Source: Mobula birostris
Lineage: Eukaryota
Direction of reading: 5' to 3'
DNA length: 64,000 nt
Assembly: GCF_030028105.1 (NCBI RefSeq)
Contig: NC_092377.1
Location: forward strand, 89,186,569-89,250,568
The notes beneath the pieces were generated by a model. That model saw nothing but the letters and a program-made list of their open reading frames with translations, was not told where the DNA came from and made no database searches. Below are positions 37,084 to 50,643 of the stretch, in pieces. How positions within the stretch are numbered: position 1 is the first letter of the stretch; each line of letters begins with the position of its first letter. The position numbers and the translations under genes are program-made.

Positions 37084-38536
37084 GTGCGTGCATCCCGACA
37101 GGCCTCATCGCATTCCGCGCTCCAAAGCTATAATTTGCACCCAATCCCTATGACGGACCCTTCACCTCTGACCCCCTTCCCCAGTGCGTTTACGCAAGAG
37201 ACCGGTCAAACTTCGTTACCACAGGACGAGAGCACTGCACAGTCGGGCTCTTCAGGCTGCACGCTTAGACAGTTCAGTGCAATACTTATGCATTATCCAG
37301 TTGCAGTGCAGTACGGTTGTGCTATTGCGGTGCCCGAACCAAGTCTCTTCAGTGCACGCCTGCTGAATGGCTTGATGTCAGGCTCATCTATGCAGTCGTA
37401 CATCGCTTCTCTAACTACAGTTTCTTCTCTGTTAAGTTGTGGAAGTGTTATTCTGTAGTCTTTGTTGAGTTGCCAGTCTCTTAAGTTCAAAGGCTGTAGA
37501 AATGCTTTACTTTCAGTCTCAGGTCGGTACATTGTCAATTTATTCAGTGCAATATGGAGACCAACACCTAGTCGATACACACCTCAGGAGTGCCGTCCCG
37601 GCAGGTTGTTCAGTGCAACGCAGTAAAAATTCTCAATGTAAGATCAGGATGTGTTCTTCTTGTAAAGTTTAATGATGGTTGGCAGACCAACATAGGTGCA
37701 TTACCGCTAACTTACCGAGTTGGAGTATGGAGCAGAGACAGGAAGTATACTCGCTGAATTCCCCTCCCCCCCCAAAAAAAAACTCAGATATTTTCAATAA
37801 GTCTAATGCTTTTCAGAAAGACGAATATGAACTTAAATGCAATACCATAGCAGTGATATCCTAATAAACTTTCCATTTTAAACTGTCCCAAAGATCTCGA
37901 TTTAGCAATTGGATGTTTCTTTTGTACCTCGTAGGAATTGCAATGAAACAATATATACTGCACCGTTTCTTGACAAATACACTCCTTACAAATGCCTGTA
38001 TCACATATTAATTCTGAACAAGAAATTATTCAGCCTAGTATGTCTTGGGTGGTTGGTTCTTGGTTCTTGATCCTCCAAAATATTCCACATGAAATTTAAA
38101 CTGGATGTGTCCAATATGTAAATGTGTTAGTATAACTTACCCATTTCCCAGTTGAGTTCTAACCATCCTTGGAATTTTATATAAATGCTGCCCTTTCTTG
38201 TCCTTGTATCCCAACTTTGTTGCCTCAGTGACCTAATAGACTTTTTAATTATGACTTTCACCTCAATGCAAAGGCACCACTACATGTAGATCCTTGATTT
38301 TAAGTAATTGCTTGGCTAGAATGTCTGCCACCTTGGTTCTTTCAACCCTAACATGGTCAGGAACCCTTAAGAAATATATGTACAATCCTAGACCTTGCAG
38401 CCTCAACAAATGTTGTCCAATCTGAAGAAGAGCATCTAGCCTACAATTTGAAATGCCTAATTTAATAGATGTGAAAACTGAGAATTTCAGGGCATACTAC
38501 TTCAAATCATTCCAAGGCTAAAATGATGGCAACTGT

Positions 38537-41500
38537 CAGAATCTGAATCAGGTTTATTATCACCAGCATATGACATGAAATTTGTTAACTTAGCAGCAGA
38601 TCAATGCAATACATAATCTAGCACAGAAAAAAGTAATAAATAAGCAAGTATATTATGTCTATTGAATAGATTTTTAAATACTTAAATATTTTTTAAAAAG
38701 TGAGGTAGTGTCCAAAGATTCAATGTCCATTTAGGAATCAGATGGCGGAGGGGAAGAACCTGTTCCTGAGTCGTTGCATGTGTGCCTTCAGACTTCTGTA
38801 CCTCCTACCTGATGGTAACAGTGAGAAAAGGGCATTCCCTGGGTGCTGGAGGTCCTTAATAATGGACGCTGCCTTTCTGAGACACTGCTCCCTAAAGATG
38901 TCCTGGGTACCTTGTAGGCTAGTACCCAAGATGGAGCTGACTAGATTTACAACCTTCTGCAGCTTCTTTCGGTCCTGTGCAGTAGCCCCTCCATACCAGA
39001 CAGTGATGCAGCCTGTCAGAATGCTCTCCACGGTGCAACTATAGAAGTTTTTGAGTGTACTTGTTGACATGCCGAATCTCTTCAAACTCCTAATAAAGTA
39101 TAGCCGCTATCTTGCCTTCTTTATAACTACATCGATATGTTGGGACCAGGTTAGGTCCTCAGAGAACTTGACACCCAGGAACTTGAAACTGCTCACTCTC
39201 TCCACTTCTGATCTCTCTATGAGGATTGGTATGTGTTCCTTTGTCTTACCCTTCCTGAAGTCCACAATCAGCTTTTTCATCTCACTGACATTGAGTGCCA
39301 GGTTGTTGCTGCAGCACCACTCCACTAGTTGGCATTTCTCACTCCTGTACACCCTCTCGTCACCACCTGAGATTCTACCAACAATAGTTGTATCATCAGC
39401 GAATTTATAGATGGCATTTGAGCAATGTCTAGCCACATAGTCATGTGTATATAGAGAGTAGAGCACTGGGCTAAGCACACACCCCTGAGGTGCGCCAGTG
39501 TTGATCGTCAGCGAGGAGGATATGTTATCACCAATCTGCACAGATTGTGGTCTTCTGGTTAGGAAGTCGGATCCAATTGCAGAGTGGGGGTACAGAGGCT
39601 CAGATTTTGCAACTTCTCGATCAGGATTGTGGGAATGATGGTACTAAATGCTGAACGATAGTCGATGAACAACATCCTGACGTAGGTGTTTGTGTAGTCT
39701 AGTGGTCTACAGCCATGTGGAGAACAATTGAGATTGTATCTGCGGTTGACCTATTGTAGCGATAGGCAAATTGCAATGGGCCAGGTCCTTACTGAGGCAG
39801 GAGTTCAGTCTAGTCATGACCAACCTCTCAAAGTATTTCATCTCTGTCGATGTGAGTGTTACCAGGTGATAGTCATTAAGGCAGCCCACATTATTCTTCT
39901 TCACTGCTAGTATAATTGTTGCCTTTTTGAAGCAAGTGGGAACTTCTGCCTGTTGCAGTGAGAGGTTGAAAATGCCCTTGAATACTCCCACTAGTTGGTT
40001 GGCACAGGTTTTCAGAGCCTTACCATGTACTCCATTGGGACCTTCCACCTTGCAAGGGTTCACTATCTTTAAAGACATTGGCCTCTGAGACGGAGATCAC
40101 AGGGTCATCAGGTGCAGCAGGGATCTTCACAGCTGTAGTTGTGTTCTCCCTTTCAAAGCGGGCATAGAAGGCATTGAGTTCATCTGGTAGTGAAGCATCA
40201 CTGCCATTCATGCTATTGGATTTCGCTTTGTAAGAAGTAATGTCTAGCAAACCCTGCCAGAGTTGTCGTACATCCATTGTCATCTCCAACCTCATTCGAA
40301 ATTGTCTCTTCACCCTTGAAATAGCCCTCCGCAAATCATACCTGGTTTTCTGGTACAGGCCTGGGTTGCCAGACTTGAATACCACAGATCTAGCCTTCAG
40401 CAGACGACGTACCTCCTGGTTCATCCATGGCTTTTGGTTTGGGAATGTACAGCAAGTCTTTGCTGTCCCTCCATATTGTCTTGAGTTTGGATAGTGCAGT
40501 CATTGCCTGTGCGGTTCTTGCCAGGACTTCTGGTCTTGATCCTTCATCACTGATGATTGTCCCCAGGTATTTGAACTGCTACACTGTCTCAAGTTTCTGA
40601 CCATGGACTGAGATGTCTGTTGTGATGGCACCATTCGCATTTGCCATGAGCTTGGTTTACTCGGCACTTACTTCCATTCCATACTTTGTGGAGGCTCTGT
40701 CAAGATGGCTGACTAGGTTGGCCAGTTCATCCTCTTTTCCTGCAAGTCCATCAATGTCGTCAGCAATTCTTAGGTTTTTGATGTTCCTCCCTCCGATGCT
40801 GACTGTGCCCACATAATCTTCAAGGGCAACACTCATGATTCATTCCAGGAAGACGTTGAAGAGAGTGGGGGAGAGGAGGCAGTCCTGACGGACTCCTACA
40901 GAGGTATGGAACCACTCCCCAATGGTGCCCTGAATGAGCACTGCACTGGTTGCCTTGGTGTAAAGCTGATGAATTGGATGAATCAGCTTCTGCCCCATGT
41001 TGAATTTCTTCATGGTGGCCCATAAGGCATCACGCCAGACTCTGTCAAACGTCTTCTTGAAGTCCATGAAGACGTGTTAGAACTCTCTCTGGTGCTGAAG
41101 GTGTTTCTTACAGAGGGTGCAGAGGTTGAAAATCTGCTCAGTGGTGCTTCTGCCCTTATGGAAGCCTGCTTGTTCCTTGACAATGATATCTTCTGCCTGA
41201 GATCTCAGTCTGTTCAAGATGATTCTGAGCATTACCTTGCTTACGTTGCTGATCAAACTGATGGTACGGTAATTCTGGCAAAGTTGGAGATTGCCTTTCT
41301 TGGGAAGCACAACGATCAGTGACTGAGTCCAAGGTGTCAGCTATTCACCTGTCTGCCAGATCTTACTGCAGATGGTGGTAAGCTTGTCTATTGTGGCCTC
41401 TCCTCCATGCTTCAGCAGTTCAGCAGGGATGTTGTCAACTCCTGCTGACTTCCTGCACTTCAGTGATCGTATTGCAGCTTCAACTTCTTCACGCATGATT

Positions 41501-43367
41501 GAATAGTTTTCCGCATTGGAAGACTCCTGCACATTCAGCATGCTTGGATTCCCTTTGCTCTGGTAGTTGTAGTTCTGAACAGTACTCTGTCCACCTTTCC
41601 ATTATTTCCTTTTCTTCTGTGAGACTTTTGCCATTTTTGTCTTGGATGGTGTTCACTTTGGCTTGTTTTTCTTTGGTAAGATCTTTTGCCAGTTGGAATG
41701 CCTTCTTTGTGTTGTTGGAGAGGCAACAATAATATGGAGGGACAGCAACATCACCATGAAGTACAATAAAAGACTCCTGCGTGCATTGGTATTCTCCATC
41801 TTCCTGTACGCATGCGAGACATGGACCCTCACAGCAGAGCTACGGAGGAAGACACAGGCATTGGAAAGGAGATCCTATCGCAATATCTTGGGCATCTCAT
41901 ACTTGGACCACATCACAAACGAACAGGTCCGCAAGACCATCTGGCACCACATTGGCCCCCATGAAGACCTCACAATGGTGAAGAAAGGAAAGCTGAGATC
42001 GTACGGCCACGTAACAAGATCCAGTGGCCTTGCAAAGACTGTTCTACGAGGAACTGTGGAAGGGAAAAGAAGGAGAGGTAGACAGAGGAAAAGATAGACG
42101 GACAACATTAAAGAACGGACAGGGAAAACATTTGTTGCGACCCAGGCGCAGGCACATTACCGCGACAGATGGAACAGACTGGTGCAAAGCTTGTCATGAC
42201 GGCATCCCGACAGCTCCACCAGGAGTTTAGGGCGCAAAGCAAGTAAGTCTGTGGGCACACACTCATCCACAGAGGTTTTAATGAAGTCAGTAACAACTGC
42301 AGCATACTCATCCAGGTTTGAAGATGAATCCCTGAATACAGTCCAGTCAACCGATTCAAAGCAGTCCTGTAGGTGCTCCTGTGCTTCCCTTGTCCATAAC
42401 TTCTTTGTCTTCACTGTTGGTGCTGCAGTCTTCAGTCACTGCCTATACTCAGGGAGTAGAAGTACAGCTAGGCGATCCGAATTCCTGAAGTGAGGGCATG
42501 GAACAGCATGGTAGGCATTCTTGATGGTGGTATAGCAATGATCCAGTGCTTTATTTCCCCTGGTATTGCAAGTGATCTGTTGATGGCAGTTGATTAGTGA
42601 TTTTTTTTTCAGACTGGCCTGGTTAAAATCTCCCAAAACGATGGTGAAGGCATTAGAGTGCTTTGTTTTGTGCATGTTGATCCCATTGCTCAGATCATCT
42701 ACGGCCTGCTTGATGTTGGCCTGAGGTGGAATGTAAACTGCTACCAAAATGCCTTCAGAGAACTCCCGTAGAAGGGAAAAAGGAGAGCACTTTATTCCAG
42801 GTCTGGTGAGCAGAATTGGGACAGCATTGATGTATTTGTGCACCAAGAAGAATTGATCATGAGGCATACTCCTCCACCTTTGCTTTTGAGAGATTCTTTA
42901 GATCTATCCTGGCAGTGTAGTGTAAACCCATTGATCTGGATCGCTGCATCCGGTACGGAAGGGGTTAACCAGGATTCTGTGAAACAAAGGACCCATGCGG
43001 TCCTAATGTCCCTCTGATTCAGCACCCTAGCTCTGAGATCATTGATTTTATTCACCAGAGACTGCACGTTCACCAGCAAGGTAGTCGGTATAGGGAGTTT
43101 AAAACCCCGTTTCCTTAAACGCACTTGTAACCCCTCTCTACACCCGCGCTTCCTCCGAGTTGTCCTCCATGGGCACTTCTGACCACAATTGGTGGTGTTC
43201 CCGTCAGTTTTAAGCAGCGATAGTTCATTTAAACGCATTAAGACATCTTTGTTGACTGTTCTGACGATGGAGGCAGTTGTGCTTTTTAGCTGTACCAGGC
43301 TGAAACAGGAATATTTAATCATATCCATTGAGAGTACTGCTGCTGCTCAAGTCATGCCTAGGCGTCC
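38537..43367 (-). mobile_element. near full-length Rex1/Babar LINE with a nested RTE
   Basis: APE motifs (LLVNVQSLVNK, CFTESWL, KGGGVC, VYIPP, LGDFN, LDHCY); RT motifs ([16 protein letters not shown]); (TCAGAA)n-type tail at ~38536-38550; frameshifts present. Confidence 0.9.
40460..42244. mobile_element. RTE-clade LINE insertion with 5' inversion
   Basis: Minus part (40460-~41722): LPKKGNLQLCQNYRTISL, EQAGF, DFKKTFD, GVRQDCLLSP. Plus part (~41731-42244): IFLYACETWTL, VEGKRRRGRQRKR with an (AAGT)n tail. TSD AAGTCT at 40454-40459 and 42245-42250. Confidence 0.88.
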
Positions 43368-44085
43368 CAGAAGTAACTGATAAAGTTTTAAGGGAATTGG
43401 GGGATTCTCAGATTCCTGTAAATAATAGGTTAAGGTTGAGTACCGACTGTGTCTGTGTATTCTGGTTTGTGAATGGCTACAGCATGTTTAAGATGATGTC
43501 TCACAGCTGCTTCTTTGGAGCAAGATAAGGGTTAAAGCTCTTACAGATCCACAAAAGACGTCTCCTGATTTTTCGCACCTTTTGGTTTTGACAAAAGGCG
43601 GTTGCTGATGGAGATAAGACAGGACATTCCTTTCTTAATGAAAGCTTAAATTTGGTGGAGTCTCTTATCTAAGTTATTAAGTTTTACTCTATTTGAGTAG
43701 CTGGAATGTCTATTGAACTGATTGTTATTTTGTATTGGTGGCTTTATAAATTGTAACAATTCTGGAAGTCAAGCAGTGAACTTGTTTGAACCGCCAGAGG
43801 GATGAGAACGCTTCTCCCCCTGAAGTCGGGACCAAGTTCCCTTACCGGCTGAGCTCGAAGAAATTAACTGGTGAAAAGATAAGTAACAATCTGTTTGTGC
43901 TGTGGTTATTTGGTCTGGCGAATTTAAGTTTACATAACAGTCTTGGACATGAATACTGATACTTTGATAATCTTTTAATAGTCATCTGAATTTTGGAACA
44001 TAAATGGAAACTCCTGAACAACCAGTCAGAGGATCTTTTGAACCAACTGTAGGTGTGTCAGAAGCCATAATATCTGCCTCCCATA

Positions 44086-44731
44086 TGTAAGGGTTTTTGC
44101 CCTACTGACCCCCCGTTGCCTAGGGTAAATAGCCGTCGACCCCGCCAAGCAGTGCAATCACTTTGGTGCGGATAAGGTGCAAGTCGCCCAATGAACAGCC
44201 ACAACACAAATATGAAAACAATATACCAAGTGCGAGTAAAGAATTTTACTTTATAGCAAATTTTTGGTGATGGGTTAGTAGAAATAACTACAAAAAACTA
44301 GGTGCCACATAAGTAACTTACCAGTCTTGTGCACATAATATTTTAATACATTGGAGCTCACACCTCCGATTCCATCCACAACGTCCTTCCGAGACTCTGG
44401 CCACCATCTGAACCCTCGAGGTCCGGTATCCGCCGCCCTGGAACCGCTGTCCGTTCCTCACACATTTGTCCTCTCTGCTCACCTCCTGAAAAGCCCGCGC
44501 TCCACAACTCAGCACACATATACAAGATAACAGAACATGACTCCCACTGGCTAACAAATGAATACAATTTCCATTATCTCCCTGTATAACCCAAACATTG
44601 CAGTTACAGAGAACCCCTTGCTCAGCAGTTAACATTACGAGAAGCCATTTTAATATTACACTTCAGAGAAGCCATTTTGGTAATAAGTGAGCAACAGTCA
44701 ACAATCCACCTAGTATACTGAGAGCCCTACA
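44086..44731 (-). repeat. 3' LTR of the Gypsy element
   Basis: Direct repeat of 50644-51283; adjacent PPT GGTGTGGGGGAAA on the minus strand (44732-44744). Confidence 0.95.
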
Positions 44732-44877
44732 TTTCCCCCACACCGAAATAAGTCATGCCCTCATGACATTCAGATAATTCGCCATCCCTTCCTGCAGAAC
44801 ACACAGCCCAATCCACATGCAGAAAACAGTGACCTGACTCCCCAACACAGTGGAGATCACACCGTGTTCCCTGGGTG

Positions 44878-47800
44878 CTACGTAGGCCAACCTCTCTGGG
44901 GGTTCTGACTCCTCTGAGGCCTATGCACCCCCTCTTCTACCCCTTCTGCCTTGGACGCTACAGTGGACCCTTTGAAACTACGAGGCGAACCCTCCCCCGA
45001 GCGGTCACCCAAGCCCCTCTGCACCTCAGAACCTTCTATCTCTGGTCCAGGCCCTACATTCTCTCCTCCAGAGCCCTGTGGTGCCACGGACTGCCCCTCA
45101 GTAGCCCGTTCGAACCCAGTGGGGGAAAGGCCAGGAGTCTCTTCCTCCGTCCCGGGAGCATCAGCAAACGGCAGAATATACCAACCATCCCAGTCATCAT
45201 CTTCTGAATCAGTATCCCTCACAGGGGTTGGGCCCGGGCCCATCTCTCCTGGGGTAGGCACGTCCTCCACCCTGCAGGGACGCAGAGTCCTGGCACAGGG
45301 TGCAGCCACCTCTTCAGGCTCCAGCTCTACCTGCAGATCTTGCCCCAGGGGCACAGGTGATTCCGATGGAGAATCTTGACAGGCCCCTTTCCATCCCGAG
45401 GCCGTACCCAGAAAACCGGCAGGTTTGGCATCTGACTCTCCACCACATAGGGCGTGGCTGCCCAGCGATCAGTCGGCTTGTGCTTTCCCGGTAATCCCAG
45501 ATTCCTGATGAGAACTCAGTCTCCCAGCAGGAGTTGAGAGAACTTTACTTTCTGGTCGTACCTCCTCTTATTTACCTTATTCTGCCGGGCGGCAGCCTCC
45601 CCAGCCAATTCGTACACTCTTTTCAGTTCTTGCCTCATATCAGACACATACTTCAAGTAAGGCTTCGGCGACACCTCACCCGCATCAGCCCCGAAACAAA
45701 GGTCAATGGGCAACCTTGCCTTGCGCCCAAACATGAGATAATAGGGTGAGTAAGCAGTAGCTTCATTGCGTGTGCAGTTGTAACAGTGAACAAGATGCCC
45801 AGTATGTCGACTCCAACGATTCTTTTTGCTAATCTCCAGAGTCCTGAGCATGTCCAGTGGCGTCCGTTTGAACCTTTCCGGCTGGGGATCCCCCTGCGGA
45901 TGATAGGGCATGGTCCTCGATTTCTCAACCCCCAGCATGCCCAGCAACTCATAGATGAGTTTGCTTTCAAAGTCTCGTCCCTGGTCACTATGGATCCGCC
46001 GAGGAAGACCATAATGCACAAGATACTTCTCCCATAGCACTTTTGCCACTGTAGTCGCCCTCTAATCCTTAGTAGGAAAAGCTTGTGCATACCTGGTGTA
46101 GTGGTCCGTGATGACCAGGACATTTGCCGTGTTGCTGGCACCGGGTTCTATGGACAGGAAATCCATACACACCAGGTCTAAAGGCCCCGCACTCTGCAAA
46201 TGGGACAAAGAGGCAGCCGGCCCAGGCAGCGTCTTCCGTCGCATGCAACGAATGCAGGACTTGCAGTACTCTTCAACCTCCGTCCTCATTCGGGGCCAAT
46301 AAAACCGATCCTTGAGCAATTCATAGGTGTTTTCCACCCCCAAATGCCCGGAGTCATCATGGAGAGACTTCAACACAACCTTCCGATACTTCTCTGGCAG
46401 GAGCAGCTGCCAACACCGAGGTCAGTGCGGGGAAGATGTTACCCGGTATAAGATTTTGTTCTTCAAACTCAGCCGAAGCCATTCCTTCAGTAACAGGGAT
46501 GCGGGACCGTGCTTGGCCTTCTCCGCCCGTGTCACATCCCCCTCTTCCACAGCCTGCCAGACTGAGCCTGTGTCGGGGTCCTCTCGCTGAGCAGTGGTCA
46601 CTTCCCCAGGGCTTAACTCTGGCAACTGCGTGGCCTTCAGAGCAGTCATGTCACAGTACACTAGAGGCAGATGCCCCCAATGAGTCCACTGCTCTACCCG
46701 GCCTCTCCTTCTCAGCCTGCATGGTGATAGCAAACTGGCACATCGCCTTCACCCCAGATGCAGGAACACTTTCCCACTCTTCGTCCTTCCCCGGCTCCTC
46801 ATGACCCCGTCGGGACAGTGTATCCGCGTCGACATTCCGGCTCCCTGGTCGGTACTTCAGGCTGAAATCATATGAAGACAAAGCTGCCAGCCACCGATGG
46901 CCTGTGGCATCCAGTTTCACCGAGGTCAGGATGTAAGTGAGCGGGTTGTTGTCTGTCCGCACCTCAAACTTGGCCCTGTAGAGATAGTCACTCAGCTTAT
47001 CCACCACCGCCTATTTCAACGCCAGAAATTCCAACTTGTGAGTGGGATAGTTCCTCTCTGAAGGTGACTATCTCCGGCTGACAAATGCCGCAGGCCTCAG
47101 ACCAGCGCCCTGATGCTGATATAGAACGACCCCTAACCCCTCATGACTGGTGTCAGTGTGTAGCACATAGGGCAATCGGGGGTCTGCAAAAGCCAGCACC
47201 GGTGCCTGAGTCAACATCTCCTTCAGTGACTGGAAAGCCGCTTCACATTTGTCATCCCATCTCTGTCCGAAGGGCTCTGACGGGTTCAAATATTCTCCCA
47301 CCTCCCATCCTTTCCTCCCCTTCCCCCTCTGTCCCAGGGGAGGGTAGCCACGCAGAAGTTGGTTCAAGGGATGACTTACCCAGGCAGAACCCTTCATGAA
47401 TCTCCGATAGTACCCACAGAATCCTAGGAACGAGCACAGAGCACTCATGGTCTGGGGCCTTGGCCAGGTGGTCACAGCTTCGATCTTAGCCGGGTCGATC
47501 GCTACACCATTCCGCGAGACAATGTGTCCAACATAGCTAACAGGCGTCTGACAGAACTGGCACTTGTCCAGGGAAAGCTTCAACCCTTCCTGCTTCAGCC
47601 GGTTGAGCACCTTCATTAGCCTCACTTCGTGTTCTTCCAAGGTGCATCCAAATACTATGAGGTCATCCAAATATACCAGCACTTCGAGCAGGTTCATATC
47701 CCCCATCATCTTCTCCATGACTGTCTGGAAGGTGGCAGGGGCCCCCGATATGCCCTGGGGCATCCGTTCAAGCTGATAAAAACCCAAAGGGCAAATGAAG

Positions 47801-49226
47801 GCCGCCTTCTCCTTATCGGCGTCACTCATCGGGATCTGGTAATACCCACTCCTCAAATCCAGCACGCTAAACCACTTCGCCCCTCTCAAACAGGCCAATG
47901 CATCCTCTACCCGGGGGACCGTGTACTGATCTAGGACCATGTGCCTGTTCAGTGTTCTATAGTCCACACACATACGAACCTTCCCATTCTTCCGGGCCAC
48001 TACGATAGAAGACGCATACTGGCTCCGGGACTCTGATGATCCCAGCCTCCTTCAACTTGCCCAAATGCTGCCGCACGTCTTCCGCGTCTGCCGGGGCCAG
48101 TCGCTGTGATCGTTCCTCGTTCCACTAAACGGTGTATCCTCAGTCACCCGTATGGTGTGGCGAGTGCTCCTGGAACAACCCACATCAAATTCATCAAGGG
48201 AAAAAACATCTGTCATCATCAACATCTTCTCCACCAGCCTCCGCTTCCAACCCTCCGGTACAGGTGATGCCCCAAAGTTAAAAGCTTCAGCAGTCAACTT
48301 AGGCCTTTTTCCCGACTGCTCTTCCCCAACTGGCCTCACGGGGGTACTATGCACCACCGTCACCAGGAACAAGTGCGCCAGGGGCATTCCTCACTTAAAG
48401 GTGACCTCCCATGCAGTCATGTTCCTGATGATCACCACTAGCCTGCGTGCCTGCACCACCAAGGGCTTCTGCAACTCGGTCTCACCAGCACCCCAGCAGG
48501 GAATCTTGACTCCCCTTCAAGATCTTCTGGGGTGTCCACTAAAACGGCTTCACCCTCAGGCACCCCCCCCCCCGGGAATCTAGGGATCCCCCTCACTCTC
48601 GCTACTTCACCTGGCCGCACCACCCTGGGCTTCAACTGGGCACACCACCCAGTTCCTCGTTCACTCGTCACATCCAGCCCAGAGCGACCCCATGCTTCCT
48701 CAAAAGCTGCTTGGAACACTGGGTGCACTGACAGGGTCTCCAGAAAGTCCTCACCTGCCTTCTCCTTACAGGCTCCCAGGAGTCCCCGCACAATAGGGGT
48801 GTTGGTCCCCACCACAACTGACACACCCCCAGTCTCACTGGGGTCAGGGCACACCAGTACCAGGGTCTCATGAGCCTCAGACACTCCCACCTCAGCTTCC
48901 AGGAACTCCAGTTCACAGACAAATAACTATTGTACGGGTAATCACCATCACTGATGCCCCAAATCTCCAGTGCACGGAAAGGTGTCAGGGGTAGATGCGC
49001 CAGATACTGGTTGTAAAACGACCGGTACAGTAATGTAACCTGCGACCCTGTGTCGAGTATGGCTTTCGCATCTATCCCCTCGATCCGTATCGACACGCTG
49101 GATCTTGGCCCCACCAATCCTTCGGGGATAGGGTCTTTCTCTCAAGGGTCCCGCGGCACATTGTTGGGAACATATTTTCCCAGAGACTCCAGTCCGTTCC
49201 CTCACTGAGTCCCCTCTAAGTTTCCC
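44878..49226 (-). pseudogene. Gypsy pol (protease, RT, RNase H, integrase), disrupted
   Basis: AILDTGSQVT; RMCVDYRTLN, LDLRSGYYQ, YLDD; FEVRTDNNPL; HDDSGHLG...CIRC, CMDF, HSDQG, PQPER. Confidence 0.92.
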
Positions 49227-50571
49227 GACCCCCCCCCCCTTCCTGCTGGGACACCCAGGGACTCTCCCTCCGAGGGGCTCCCTGGCGTTCACATTCCCGC
49301 CTGAAGTGCCCCTCTCCCCCGCAGTTATAGCACACGCCTCACTTCACCGGACCCCGGCCTCCGCCTGGCCTCAGTGCCGTCCATCCCTTCTGGGAGGGGC
49401 CTTCCCCACTGCTCCCCTCCCATGGAGGGACCCCACCTGCCGCGACCCCTTTATGTGCCTCCCGTGTGGAACTGACCCCGGTCATTTCACCATAATAGGC
49501 CACTACTGAGGACTGCACCTTGTTACCAGAGCCGCCTTCCACTTCCAATTCATCCTCCTCCTCCCTTACCTCTCTGAGCAACTGAACAAAAGATGGGGGG
49601 GGGGGGATGCGCTCTACGAGACTGCCAGAGGCTCTTAGCGATTGCATCATGTCTCTGTGCCCCTGACTACCTGGTCAATCCTTATCCGATTCACCTCGCC
49701 GGCCGAAATGACCCCCCGGCGCCTCAAGCAATTTAGCCTACTCTCAAGTGGGAGAAGATACTCAGAAAGCTTCTTCCCTTTTTCCTGATGCAGATTCTGA
49801 ATCCCCCCCTAGAAGCTCCACCATGCTTCCCGTCAGCCCAAACGCCTCCTCTAGGGCGACTAGACACTCCTTCCAAGAAGCCAGGGGCTGGTTAACTCTC
49901 ACCCCTTTTACCACCTCAGCTGCCGCCCCTCTCAAGCTGTCCCCCAATCTTTGCCACTTCTCCTCCTCAGAACACTGCCACTCATCTAGTAGCTGAGAGG
50001 TATGTTCTAACCAGGATTCGTAATCCTCTTCCCCCTCGGGGACTGGGGTTTTACCTGAGAAAATTCTTAACTTCTGTCGCGGACCCACCACCCAGTTCAC
50101 CAAAGAGTTAATGGCTGAGGCCAACTCAGAGCCCTTCCCCTTCTGTGGGGCACGAGAACCAATTACATTCTCCAAATCTGACCGCTCCCTTCCTTCATCC
50201 TTCAAAAACGATTGGACCCGCTCGCAGAAATCTCCGTCCCTAGCTTCGGGCAACCCCTCTGGTGTCTCTTCAAATCCTTCCTCCATGACAGTGTGCACGC
50301 CCCATGGCCCCGCCTCACCTACTTCACCCATACACGGCGGCAGTCCCATATCCTTGATGTCAGCACCCGTCTGTACCAGCACAAAGGCTGAGTCCCCCGT
50401 TTTACCAATCTTTCTGCTTACAATCTCAACCTTACCAATAGCTCTGACCGTATTTAAACACCGAATTAACACATCATCCGGGGTATGTATATCCACCCCA
50501 CTTAATATGCAGGCATGATTAACTGGGACATCCTCGATCTTGCACCAAAGTTCAATCTTATCCATGTCCAT
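49203..50571 (-). pseudogene. PNMA-like gag (frameshifted) with CCHC zinc knuckle
   Basis: MDMDKIELWCK...KLRIFSGKTPVPEGEEDYESWLE...LRGAAAEVV; PPPSFVQLLREVREEE; CYNCGE-GHFRREC near 49290-49335; GGGAAAC heptamer at 49220-49226. Confidence 0.85.
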
Positions 50572-50617
50572 CCCTTCTAATTAAAACCCGGGCAACTTAC
50601 CCCTTATCCTGACAGAA

Positions 50618-50641
50618 TTCAAATCACGGAACGAGCCCCCA
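50618..50641 (-). promoter_or_regulatory. primer binding site, tRNA-Pro
   Basis: Plus strand TTCAAATCACGGAACGAGCCCCCA versus the tRNA-Pro 3' end TTCAAATCCCGGACGAGCCCCCA; 2 nt from the LTR. Confidence 0.85.
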
Positions 50642-50643
50642 AA

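Larger units (their letters stand above)
36670..37100. promoter_or_regulatory. CpG-island, probably bidirectional promoter of ARMT1
   Basis: High CpG density. ETS/GABP site ACCGGAAGT at 36939-36947 with an adjacent TTACGTC half-CRE; GC box GGGTGGGCG; YY1-like CAAGATGGC over the ARMT1 ATG; NRF1-like TGCGCATGC near 36676 and GCATGCGC near 36739. Confidence 0.75.

Noticed and set aside
36675-37458. Plus-strand ORFs of 152 aa and 138 aa
   Set aside because: GTG starts in a GC-rich promoter; the first is antisense to ARMT1 exon 1; no recognisable homology.
43368-43938. Possible solo ERV-type LTR (TTATAAA at ~43744, ending ...ACA)
   Set aside because: Termini and TSD could not be fixed convincingly, and there is no second copy in the window.
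50618-50641. tRNA-Pro gene
   Set aside because: Only the 3' ~24 nt including CCA are present, adjacent to an LTR, so it is a primer binding site.
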